Origin: a virus
Lineage: Duplodnaviria > Caudoviricetes
DNA length: 33,364 nt
IMG/VR virus record: IMGVR_UViG_3300038468_000094
Coordinates: 1 to 33,364 of that record
Direction: 5' to 3' (one strand)
This document shows positions 18,372-27,796 of the stretch, piece after piece. The notes beneath the pieces are model-generated. The model had not been told where the DNA came from, did no database searches, and worked only from the letters and a program-made list of their open reading frames with translations. Within the stretch, counting starts at the first letter, position 1. Every line of letters starts with the position of its first letter. Made by a program: the position numbers and the translations under genes.

Positions 18372-18568
18372 ACGGCGTGCAGACTGAGGGAACGGAATGG
18401 GTAATAGAAAGCTTACGGTATATAGACGTAAGCAGAAAACAAATGATTGCCCAGTGCGTGCAGATTGCGCTCGATACTTTCGGAGCTATAGGGATAACCG
18501 AAATGATGGATATGTACATCGATGATTTTAAAATGATAGTCGAAGGATTAAGGAAGAAAGATGCCTGA
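18347..18568 (+). CDS. Frameshift extension of tail chaperone (gpGT / P2 E+E'-like)
   Basis: -1 frame reads RFWSAVELNGVQTEGTEW...KKDA, contains ORF 18377..18568 and abuts the tape measure gene. Confidence 0.65.
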   Translation, partial: RFWSAVELNGVQTEGTEWVIESLRYIDVSRKQMIAQCVQIALDTFGAIGITEMMDMYIDDFKMIVEGLRKKDA

Positions 18569-19886
18569 AGGACGTGACGATATCGAGTTCGGCTTCAATC
18601 CTGAACCTTTTGTGAACGGATTCAAGAAGATGAACGAATCGATGGCTCACACTGAAAAAAATACCGAGAATCTCGTCAAGAAAATAAGCCAAGGAATGAT
18701 GAGTGCTGTTATGAAAGTCGGAGCTGTAGCAGGTGGATTTCTCGGACTTAAAGCGATCATGGGCAAGATTCCTGAAATCGGAATGGTGTTCAAACAGGCG
18801 GGCGATATCTTCTTCAAAAATCTATTGTGGCCACTTCGGAAAGAGCTCATGCCGCTATTGCAAGGAATCCTGAACTGGGTACGCGATAACCGGGGTCAGT
18901 TTGTCGTGTGGGGTCAGACGATAGCAAATATATTTCGTGTCATCATGGTAGTTGGTAAAGAGATATTCGAAGTAGCAAAAGCAATAGGAAAAACGTTCCT
19001 CGGATTCATAAATAATGTGTTCGGTAGTCAGATAAAATCATTCGATGAGCTTCTGAATGTTCTCACGTTTAAGTTCGCACTCGTTGCCGAGTTCATCGGT
19101 GGTATCTTGACAAAGATTCTCGGGAATCCGTTTTTCAAAGACATCATATCATTTCTCGGAAATCTCGTAGGGATGATCGCGGGTATTGGTACGGATATCA
19201 TCGGGCCTATAGTCGACGGGATTATGAGTTCAGGACTAAAGAATGCGGATGCGCCTATCAAATCAATCATGGCCGCAGTTGAAGGTCTCATGAAAACAAT
19301 CAAGGCTTTCACGGGAACACCGGAAGTACAAGGATTTTTCAAACTACTTGGTAACGTCTTCGGAGATAGTGTGCAATTTGTTTTATTGAATTTTGCATCA
19401 GCACTGGAAGCTCTTACCGATGCAATTCAATGGCTCATTTTCGGAATACAGGCACTTATCGAAGTAGCAAAAGGAACACCATGGGATCAGATAGGTAAGA
19501 TGGCAACAGACCTCGCATCGGCTCAAGGTGCACGATGGAGTAACATAGGAAAAGGATATCAATCACTAGGAAAAGATGTAATGAACCAGCTTGCACCGAT
19601 CACGGGCATAGGAGGAAAAGAAGGACGAGCAACACCAAAACCCGGTGAGTATATTCCCTACAAAGTGCAAGATGCCCTGATCACCAAAGACGGAAAAGTC
19701 ATCAAGTTCGATCCGGCGGATAACATCATGGCTTCGAAAGGCAACGGAGCTCATGTGTCCATCGGAGATATTCACATCACAGTCACCGAGGGGAACGCTC
19801 GACAGGCGGGCGTCAATTTCGCGAATGGAGTCTATGATCAAATCCGTAGACAGCTCAATCATGAATTCGTAGGGATAGGCAATTGA
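18561..19886 (+). CDS. Tape measure protein (short, 441 aa)
   Basis: Amphipathic helical repeats with regularly spaced F/W/I; follows the chaperone genes. Confidence 0.8.
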   Translation: MPEGRDDIEFGFNPEPFVNGFKKMNESMAHTEKNTENLVKKISQGMMSAVMKVGAVAGGFLGLKAIMGKIPEIGMVFKQAGDIFFKNLLWPLRKELMPLLQGILNWVRDNRGQFVVWGQTIANIFRVIMVVGKEIFEVAKAIGKTFLGFINNVFGSQIKSFDELLNVLTFKFALVAEFIGGILTKILGNPFFKDIISFLGNLVGMIAGIGTDIIGPIVDGIMSSGLKNADAPIKSIMAAVEGLMKTIKAFTGTPEVQGFFKLLGNVFGDSVQFVLLNFASALEALTDAIQWLIFGIQALIEVAKGTPWDQIGKMATDLASAQGARWSNIGKGYQSLGKDVMNQLAPITGIGGKEGRATPKPGEYIPYKVQDALITKDGKVIKFDPADNIMASKGNGAHVSIGDIHITVTEGNARQAGVNFANGVYDQIRRQLNHEFVGIGN

Positions 19887-20473
19887 ACATACCGAAATAC
19901 GTATTCGCCTTACCATGGTTCATCTTCGACCTCTACAATAAACAGCTGATAACGACACCGATCATTCCGGGCGATATCTCGGACACGAAAAACATAGTAC
20001 TCGTAGAGACTCCGATACCGGGTCTGAACTATGCGCCGATTCAACCGAGCGCAAACGGAAACCGAAAAATCAGCTTTACGCTTCAACTCATCAAACGTAA
20101 CAACACTGTCGGAAATGTTCTCATGCTGAAACAGTTCGACCAGCTCAGGAACCAGGGAATAGGAATCGGGAATATATTTTCGGGCGTGCGCGGGCAATTC
20201 ACACCGAATCCGAAAGTGCTCTACTATTGGGGCACGGGTTCGACGCCTCTTGAATACTATGTTTCGAAGTGTGACTTCTCGCATAAAAAAGGATGGGTCA
20301 ATCAGCTCGGTTATCCGCAATATTCGGAGATAAGCCTTGAGCTCATCCTCGACGAGACGAGCCCACTCTACAAACTCGAAGAGGCTTTCCGAACGCTATC
20401 GGCTCTCGGCGGTGAAGCGCTCGGTGCATTCGATGTTATCGATAATCAAGTGCGTAATGGGAAGGCTTACTGA
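19883..20473 (+). CDS. Baseplate / tube-initiator protein (gpU-like)
   Basis: IPGLNYAPIQ...GNRKISFTL and PNPKVLYYWG motifs; TTG start overlaps the tape measure stop. Confidence 0.6.
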   Translation: MNIPKYVFALPWFIFDLYNKQLITTPIIPGDISDTKNIVLVETPIPGLNYAPIQPSANGNRKISFTLQLIKRNNTVGNVLMLKQFDQLRNQGIGIGNIFSGVRGQFTPNPKVLYYWGTGSTPLEYYVSKCDFSHKKGWVNQLGYPQYSEISLELILDETSPLYKLEEAFRTLSALGGEALGAFDVIDNQVRNGKAY

Positions 20474-20751
20474 TGGTAAATGATTTCCAAGTTCCGAACA
20501 TAACTTTCACGGATATCAACGGGAAAACGTACACGATAAAAGATATTCGCCCTATCGTTCCCGCTGCATCGTCGTTTACGGTCGATAAACGCGCTGCGGA
20601 GCTTCTTGACTCTGTTGCAGTCAAGCCGGAAGTATTCGGAGACGGCGGAGAGGATAAGGTCTATAAATTGTTCGATCAGAATGTAGTTGCGATAGTTGAC
20701 GCTAATTTTGATCTTACACAGATTCGAAAGATAAAGGTACCCATAGAGTGA
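20473..20751 (+). CDS. Small baseplate protein (gpX/LysM-like)
   Basis: LDSVA...VFG...YKLFDQN...IKVP pattern; synteny. Confidence 0.5.
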   Translation: MVNDFQVPNITFTDINGKTYTIKDIRPIVPAASSFTVDKRAAELLDSVAVKPEVFGDGGEDKVYKLFDQNVVAIVDANFDLTQIRKIKVPIE

Positions 20752-22013
20752 TCGGCCTTCAGAATAAGGACAGCGCTTTTTTCCTCATCGAATCACCGGA
20801 TATCAAGACCGAGTTTCAAAACATATCCCGCGACGTTATCAGTTTCTCATACACCGAAGAAATGCAGAAGCTAGGTCAGGGTTCACTCGTCCTTCACGAT
20901 TCTGATCTCACGCTCGCTAGAATGTTTCGAGTAGGAGCGCGTCTATTGATATCGTTCGGATATAAGAAATCCGATACGGCTCTCCAATCGCAACTCGGTA
21001 ACATGATGAACCAAAATGAACTACTTGGACAGATCGAACGCCGGGGAATACTCGCATATGTCGTGAATCCGTCAGGTTCCGCAGAGAACGGAGTCATTAC
21101 CTATAATCTTAATTTCGGAGAGTTCGGATATCGAGGGAATAAGGAAGCGGTTATTTACGATTCGGGAACTAAGGCTGATGTCGTGGCGCAAGTTTTCGAC
21201 AAGCTCGGCGTATCCCGAACGCTTCGCGATATTCGTTTTGACCGTGGCGGGGAATCGGTAACGAAGCAAAATGCCATACGCCAGGAAGAAACATCATTCA
21301 AGTTTCTTTCAACTCGTGCATATGAATGGCAAGCTCTTTTCAAAATCGCTTATACACAAAGTGGGGAAGTGGCCGGGATGTTCCTTTCGCCTCGGTACCT
21401 GGGCACTTCCTCTTTTCAAAATCAGATTTTGCAGGCTTCGGGCTCTTCGAACTATTTCGATTACCGAGGAAAAGTATCGAATGTAATCTCGTACTCATGG
21501 GAAAACAAAGAGGGCGAATCAGGTACGGGTGACAACACTATGCTCTCGATCGTCGACGGGCAGATCATAGCAAGGAAATATATCGCCGATCAGTAGCGCG
21601 TTATTACCTATCGACTTAACCCGGACAAGATTCAACAGCATCTTGACGCAGCCGATGCAAAGAACGGTATTCAAGGTCAAATAGAATTCGTAGGTGAATA
21701 TCTAAAGGTTAATGATTTTCAGGTACTTCTCCGGGATGGATTTTTTACTGAGATAGAAGGTACGACTGCACCTCAGGGCTATGGTTATACTATCAATTGC
21801 CACGTCATCGGCAATCCTCTTATCACACCTCCGAATCAAGCATACTTCGGAGATAATTTCCCGGACAACATAGGCGTAGCTCTCGGAGAATCTCAGAATA
21901 AAATCAAATGGTTCATCCGCAAAGCGACTCATAACATCAGCATGGCGGGATATTTCACGGATATAGAGATAGTCGATGCATTCTCGATCTCGCCTACAGG
22001 GGAGCTCATGTAA
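20748..22013 (+). CDS. Baseplate hub (gpD/gp44/gp27-like) interrupted by one in-frame TAG at 21594-21596
   Basis: Frame stays open for 138 codons after the TAG. It encodes a hub-like C-terminus (IGNPLI...WFIRKATHNISMAGYFTDIEI) and ends at TAA overlapping the next ATG. Confidence 0.75.
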
Positions 22014-22567
22014 TGGATAATACCCGAACCATCCGAGGTATGATCGAAGCGATAGTCATCGAACAGACGCGCTATCTCCGGCACTATGTCGGGCAAGTCG
22101 TGGACACAAACGACGAGACAAACAAAGGCATGGTCAAGGTACAGGTAGCACAACTCGGATGGATATCGCCTTCAATCGCTCCGTGGTGTTTCCCTCGCGA
22201 TAAACGCGGAATGATTGTTCCGAAGTCGGGCGACTGGGTTGAAGTGTATTTCATAGCCGGAGACAAGAATCATCCGGTTTATCTCGGAATCGCAAACGAA
22301 ATGAAAGACCAGGTTACGAGGTCGTATTCCGATACGAGCAAGGATGTGATATTCGAGCAAGGGGACGCAAGCTTGATTTTCGATGAGACATTGAAGCAGT
22401 TCATCCTTGCGAACGTGGTCAAGATTGTGCTCGATGCTAATCTCGGAATTACGCTCAATTCGGGAGACGCTTCGGGATGGCAACCTAACACGCTCGCAAT
22501 AGATCCTATGACAGGACTACCTCATGGAGGTATAGGCGGCGGCATCGTTAAATTGAAAGGAGCTTGA
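22013..22567 (+). CDS. Baseplate spike, gpV/gp5 OB-fold
   Basis: GQVVDTND..KGMVKV, PKSGDWVEVYF.AGD..HPVYLG; tip motif DPMTGLPH. Confidence 0.85.
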   Translation: MDNTRTIRGMIEAIVIEQTRYLRHYVGQVVDTNDETNKGMVKVQVAQLGWISPSIAPWCFPRDKRGMIVPKSGDWVEVYFIAGDKNHPVYLGIANEMKDQVTRSYSDTSKDVIFEQGDASLIFDETLKQFILANVVKIVLDANLGITLNSGDASGWQPNTLAIDPMTGLPHGGIGGGIVKLKGA

Positions 22568-22570
22568 TTC

Positions 22571-23035
22571 GTGGGAACAGGAGCCCTTGGTGACAACGTA
22601 AAGACCAATATGGACGCTTTCATAGCTACGCTTACGACGGTTCAGAAAAACGCATTCACGGATGCGATTCGTAAGTCGATGATGGAAACTATGTTCAACG
22701 CGGTTGAGGATTGGGTGTATAATCCTACATTGACTATTGATTCTGCAACTCTTGCAACAGCGATTCAAACTCTTCCACATGGTCTTGGAGCACGCCCTAA
22801 TTATGTAAAAGTTTCATTGCTTTGTTCGACTGCCGAATTAGGATTTGCTCAAGGTGACGAAATATTTAAGTTTGCCGAACAAGATGTAAGGCCATTTCAA
22901 GTAGTAGCCGATGCGACTAATTTTAAAACTTTTATATCCGCGAGTGTTCCTCTTGTTCTCAGAAAAGATACGGGAGCCGGAGCTGTGATAACAGTCGCCA
23001 ATTGGAAATTTAGAATAAGGTACAGGTTAAATTAA
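22571..23035 (+). CDS. Baseplate-associated protein with tail-fibre-like C-terminal domain
   Basis: Helical N-terminus, then an AT-rich segment encoding HGLGARP...LLC..AE.GF..GDE. Confidence 0.55.
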   Translation: MGTGALGDNVKTNMDAFIATLTTVQKNAFTDAIRKSMMETMFNAVEDWVYNPTLTIDSATLATAIQTLPHGLGARPNYVKVSLLCSTAELGFAQGDEIFKFAEQDVRPFQVVADATNFKTFISASVPLVLRKDTGAGAVITVANWKFRIRYRLN

Positions 23036-23434
23036 ATGCATACACTTGATCAGCTCGGAAGTTTCGATCTCTTTTTCAACTACGGCTCGAACGATCTCGA
23101 CCTTGAGATTGAATCTGATCTTGTTCAAGGTTTGATTCAACCGAAGAATACGCTTTTTGGATTTCGCGATTTCGGGGCGGGCGTGAGTGAGAAAGAAAAC
23201 TATCCGAACACGGTCAGCTTATCAGTTGGGCTCAAGTATGATATCGCGCTTCATATCGCGAAACAGAATCTACGAGTGAGCAATCAGAATCCAGATCGGC
23301 GTATAGCAGCAAGTCAGAACAGTATCAAAGTAAAACAATCGGGAGGGAATCTCGATGTACAAGTTCTCTATATACCGTATAAGGATTACAAGAAGTCAAG
23401 CAGCATTAGCCTTCCGTTAGGAGTATCGAAATGA
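23036..23434 (+). CDS. Baseplate wedge protein (gp25/gpW-like)
   Basis: 132 aa between spike and gpJ; RDFGAGV motif. Confidence 0.6.
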   Translation: MHTLDQLGSFDLFFNYGSNDLDLEIESDLVQGLIQPKNTLFGFRDFGAGVSEKENYPNTVSLSVGLKYDIALHIAKQNLRVSNQNPDRRIAASQNSIKVKQSGGNLDVQVLYIPYKDYKKSSSISLPLGVSK

Positions 23435-25206
23435 ATAATCCGATTCAGTACACATCAAGGAACTACGACTCCGTTCTTGCTGATATCAATTCCGATCCTC
23501 TGCTTATTGACAAGCCCGATTGGTGGAAACGTATCTGGGCAGGGATTTCCGATGTTCTTTCGCTCGGTATGAACGCGCAAGAAAATAATGCATATCTCGG
23601 AACAGCATTCACCCGTGCTGCAATCACTCAGCTTTGCGCTAATATCGATTATGCGCTAACTGGCCGGAGCACTTCAAGCGGATCGATTCTGTTCGATATT
23701 TCGCGCACTGCTTCGCTCCCTGTTACGATCGCTCAATCGAATCTCGCAGCTTTGACGGCGGGAACGATAGCGACGAGCTCGAAACGATTCGAAGCGCTTT
23801 CTTCTCTTGTTGCAGCGGCGGTGACAGAGAACTTTCTTCCAGCAGCAGTCAATACAACTACAGGCGTAATAACCACGGTAGCAGATTATCCTACTGGATC
23901 AGTTCTCAGGCTTACGAATGCCGGAGGAGGATTACCAACAGGATTATCGACAGGAACCGATTACTACGTGATTCGAATCGGAGCGACATCAATCAAGCTT
24001 ACGACTTCCCGGACGCTCGCATTCGCAGGGTTAAGCCCGATTATCCCAAGCACACAGGGAACAGGAACACATACGCTACAGAATTACTCCTATGCGGTGA
24101 CGTGCTATCAGCAACAGACTATCAGCTCATATATAGCAGGGACATCGAACGGTATTGATCAGTGGCAAGAGTATCAACTCCGAGATATCGGGATACTGCA
24201 ATCGACGATATCCGTTATCATCAACTCGGTAACATGGACGCGGGTTGATACGTTTGTGAATAGTTCGGCAATCGATACCGTGTACAAGCTCATCTATAAT
24301 ACCGACGGATCGGCAAAGATCATGTTCTCGAATGGAACTCTTGGAGCGATTCCAGGAGCGTTTCCGATCAACGTTTCGTATGCGGTCGGTGGTGGTACTG
24401 TTTCGAATGTTACTACGCTGAACACGATCACAGTAAACGCCGGATCGGATAACAACGTAACTAGCGTGACAAACTCAACTACGTTCACGGGCGGAGCGGA
24501 CGAGGAAGATATTGAGACGGCGCGTCGGCTTGCTCCGATTTTGCTGAAAACGCGCGATAGATTTGTAACGGTCGAAGACGGTGAAGCGCTTGTACTCGCG
24601 TATGGCGGGGTGAGTCTGGTCGTGATTATCGCGAATGCGTTCGGCCCGTTGAGCTGTAAGGTATGTGGCATAGCGCAGGGCGGGGGCGATTGCGGAGCGG
24701 CATTACGATCGGCGCTTCAAGCATACCTGATAACAAAAAGCGAGCTCGATTCAATCGACGTTAGATTCCAGGCGAGTACGATAACATCGTTCGCGGTGAC
24801 ATCGAGCGCGAAAGTGAACACCGGATTCGTATGGGCTTCGGATGTTTTGCCTTACTTCCGATTGGCTTGGAAGCTATTTCTATCGGAAGCAGGCGCGGAG
24901 ATTCTGAATAAATACATATCGAATGGAATAGCGGATACCGTAACGCTCATCAATACCGTTTTCACGGAAGCATATACGAGCACGGATTATTCCGTAATCA
25001 CGAATATCATGAATAGTATGAAAGCGATCGGAGCTCGAAACTATGGCGACTATATCGCGACTTCGGACGCTTACGCATTCGTGCAAGGCGGGTTATCGGA
25101 CAGGATCGCGTATATGACGATTACGAGCACGACCCCGGCTTTACCATATACATCGGCGAATACTGAGATATCAACACCAGGCGCGTTGACTTTGGCGGCA
25201 ATATGA
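23431..25206 (+). CDS. Baseplate J-like wedge protein
   Basis: YTSRNYDS, AYLGTA, FSNG..GAIP and GGADEEDIE..R..AP....RFVTVED motifs. Confidence 0.88.
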   Translation: MNNPIQYTSRNYDSVLADINSDPLLIDKPDWWKRIWAGISDVLSLGMNAQENNAYLGTAFTRAAITQLCANIDYALTGRSTSSGSILFDISRTASLPVTIAQSNLAALTAGTIATSSKRFEALSSLVAAAVTENFLPAAVNTTTGVITTVADYPTGSVLRLTNAGGGLPTGLSTGTDYYVIRIGATSIKLTTSRTLAFAGLSPIIPSTQGTGTHTLQNYSYAVTCYQQQTISSYIAGTSNGIDQWQEYQLRDIGILQSTISVIINSVTWTRVDTFVNSSAIDTVYKLIYNTDGSAKIMFSNGTLGAIPGAFPINVSYAVGGGTVSNVTTLNTITVNAGSDNNVTSVTNSTTFTGGADEEDIETARRLAPILLKTRDRFVTVEDGEALVLAYGGVSLVVIIANAFGPLSCKVCGIAQGGGDCGAALRSALQAYLITKSELDSIDVRFQASTITSFAVTSSAKVNTGFVWASDVLPYFRLAWKLFLSEAGAEILNKYISNGIADTVTLINTVFTEAYTSTDYSVITNIMNSMKAIGARNYGDYIATSDAYAFVQGGLSDRIAYMTITSTTPALPYTSANTEISTPGALTLAAI

Positions 25207-25868
25207 TACCAGTACCGAGCATAAATTACATTCCCAAGTTGCTCAGAGACGTTGCCGATGCATCCGGAACAGCGCTTACAAACAAGCTCGACACGCATCT
25301 TGATAGTCTGCTCACTGATGTTATCGGACTCGGATATTTGCTTTCACCCGACAGATGTCCTGATGCGGCGCTGAACGAATTCGGGTATTTCTTGAACGCC
25401 GGGATAACCTCACAGGATACAAGCCAACAGAAACGACAGAAGATTTACGGAGCGATCAAGGCGCACAAAAGCCGAGGTGAATGGTTAGGCGATGTCAAGC
25501 CGAAAATCGATCTCATCGTAGGCAACAACGCGGTATTGTTCCGGGCGATAGATGCGGGGGATTCGATATTCTGCGGGGATCTCGATACGCAAGATTTCAC
25601 GGCGTTTAACTGGATGTGCTTCGGCGGAGGTGATACGACTTCAGCAGCGTTCGCAATCGATTTTATCGGCGATGGTACAGAAATTGAAGTAGCAGGAAAT
25701 ATATTCATCGATTGTCATTCAACGATTCACGTTTCGACACTCACGGCGGCACAGGTTCAACAGATCGTTAATACGATCATGGATTCGATACCGGTTTACT
25801 TTAGGATAAATCTCGGATATACTGATGTAACCGGGGCTTTCAATATTTATACGACTATTAATCCATAG
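25203..25868 (+). CDS. Baseplate protein (gpI-like)
   Basis: PDRCPDAALNEFG and R..I......HKSRG motifs; follows gpJ. Confidence 0.7.
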   Translation: MIPVPSINYIPKLLRDVADASGTALTNKLDTHLDSLLTDVIGLGYLLSPDRCPDAALNEFGYFLNAGITSQDTSQQKRQKIYGAIKAHKSRGEWLGDVKPKIDLIVGNNAVLFRAIDAGDSIFCGDLDTQDFTAFNWMCFGGGDTTSAAFAIDFIGDGTEIEVAGNIFIDCHSTIHVSTLTAAQVQQIVNTIMDSIPVYFRINLGYTDVTGAFNIYTTINP

Positions 25869-25876
25869 GAGGGATT

Positions 25877-27796
25877 ATGTTATCACGGCACATGAATGAG
25901 AAGTTTTCGGCGGGCAAACCGCTTGTCGATTATGATCGATACTACGCGCAGGATATCATACGGGATCGGAGATTCTTCGAAGAGTATGCAGGGCTCTTGA
26001 TTCAGCTTGTCGAAAAGAACACGACAGACAATATGATTCTTTCCGGGCTTTGGTGCTCACAGGGTGCAGGGCATACGATGAACATCACTGCGGGCAAAGG
26101 GCTTGTCAAGTTCAACGTGACGATACCGAGCCGGACAGTCGCGTGGGCTATACCTCCAACAACGGAAGCAATCGACATAATGAAAGTCGTTGAAGCTGCG
26201 GCACAGACAAACCTATCGCTTGCCGGAATCGATACCGGCGGAGTGAATCACAATTACGCAAAGCTTGCATTCGTGGAGACCGACGGCAATACGCGAACGT
26301 TCGCGAAGAAAGCGGGAACTTACGCATACGAGACGTACCCGGATATCGTTATAACATTCGGAACAGCGGCTCCTACAGCCTACGAGCTTAAGCTCGCAGA
26401 ATTTACTTCGAACGGCGTAACGCTCACATTCATCAATAACGGAACACGGCAATACCTCGGAGCTGGTGCGGAAGATATCACAGTTTATACGCAGGCAGAT
26501 TTTAACGCGATCGTTGAACGAGTCAGCGCGAATACATATCAGTTCAAGACCGGACTTCAGTCGATCTATTTCAAAAATCTGTCGGGCGGTTACCTGATGA
26601 GTGGAGTACTATCAGGCGGAGATGCTTACGGAGTGCTTCAGACGAATGGGGTAACTCGTATCGTGATGGAAGAGGGAACATCGTTTCACTTCGGGGACAC
26701 GGCAGGATACTTCCAGGTCAACACCGCGGGATTTATCGGTGATGGAATCTATGTACAGGGCACTGGTAATGCTGCGGCTGCCGTTTCGTATTCGTTCCTT
26801 ATCGGCGCTGAACGTTGTACGCTTCGAAACTGTATAACACAGAATCGGTACACGAATACCGACTTTGCAGGATTTGGAGGAGCGAACTACAAAACAGCGG
26901 CTTTCATCCACTGCAAAGTAATAACCGTAAAATGCGCGACGGCAGGGGCAACGCTTCGAGCGTTCTACCAGTGTTTTAACATGACCGACTGCTATGTATC
27001 GACGTTCACACCGGCTAATGGAATTGTGAAAGTAATTGATTCGTGCGAGGAAATCAACAACCTGTACATCACGGGAGTGAGCACGGCGAATGCGCTTACG
27101 GTCGTGTATAACTCATCGAACATAACAGGATTCGATATTACGACGGTGACGGGGACTACTGGGCAGACTGTCAAGATAATGGATACATGCAATAATATTT
27201 CAAGTGGAATTATCCAAACTATAGCAACGGGAACAATAACCGTAATGTCTGCTTGTAATAATATTTCAAGTTTTAATATTACAGGAATTACGGGAGCTAA
27301 CGGGGTAACTATAAAGGGAATGGATACTTGTAATCAGATATCTTCTGGAATATTGCAGAACTTTACAAATGGGATTATAAAAGGACTTGATACTTGTCTT
27401 AATGTATCAGGTGTTCAATGTTATAATTTTGTCAACGCGAGTACTGATGCAATATACGGATTTAGTGCATGTATTGAAATATCTGGATGCAAAGCATTAA
27501 CGTTAACAGCTAATAATGCTACTTCTTATGGATTTAGCACTTGTACTCAAATGTCATCATGCAAAGCTGATGGATGTAGTTCTGTTACAGGTAATAATGG
27601 AATTGGATTCGTGCAAGGTATCGGTATGACAGGATGCTATGCCGCTAACTGTGATCTATATGGATATTTCGGATGTAAGGCTATGGGATTTAATACATCC
27701 GGTGCAGGTAATGGAGCAAACTATAATACGTCATATGCCGATCATGGTACAGGAAACGCTGCCGCAGATACGGCAGCAGGCGGATATAATGCTTAA
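25877..27796 (+). CDS. Tail fibre/spike with Cys-containing beta-helix repeats
   Basis: Follows the baseplate genes; repeats such as MDTCNNISSG, MSACNNISS and MDTCNQISSG; AT-rich distal part. Confidence 0.75.
   Translation: MLSRHMNEKFSAGKPLVDYDRYYAQDIIRDRRFFEEYAGLLIQLVEKNTTDNMILSGLWCSQGAGHTMNITAGKGLVKFNVTIPSRTVAWAIPPTTEAIDIMKVVEAAAQTNLSLAGIDTGGVNHNYAKLAFVETDGNTRTFAKKAGTYAYETYPDIVITFGTAAPTAYELKLAEFTSNGVTLTFINNGTRQYLGAGAEDITVYTQADFNAIVERVSANTYQFKTGLQSIYFKNLSGGYLMSGVLSGGDAYGVLQTNGVTRIVMEEGTSFHFGDTAGYFQVNTAGFIGDGIYVQGTGNAAAAVSYSFLIGAERCTLRNCITQNRYTNTDFAGFGGANYKTAAFIHCKVITVKCATAGATLRAFYQCFNMTDCYVSTFTPANGIVKVIDSCEEINNLYITGVSTANALTVVYNSSNITGFDITTVTGTTGQTVKIMDTCNNISSGIIQTIATGTITVMSACNNISSFNITGITGANGVTIKGMDTCNQISSGILQNFTNGIIKGLDTCLNVSGVQCYNFVNASTDAIYGFSACIEISGCKALTLTANNATSYGFSTCTQMSSCKADGCSSVTGNNGIGFVQGIGMTGCYAANCDLYGYFGCKAMGFNTSGAGNGANYNTSYADHGTGNAAADTAAGGYNA

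Noticed and set aside
125-26911. Numerous minus-strand and off-frame ORFs of 60-180 aa inside structural genes (e.g. 5312..5851, 17733..18275, 2567..3034)
   Set aside because: Shadow ORFs of tightly packed + strand genes, with no recognisable motifs.
15323-27796. Tailocin or extracellular contractile injection system
   Set aside because: Terminase, portal, protease and capsid genes are present, so this is a phage morphogenesis module.
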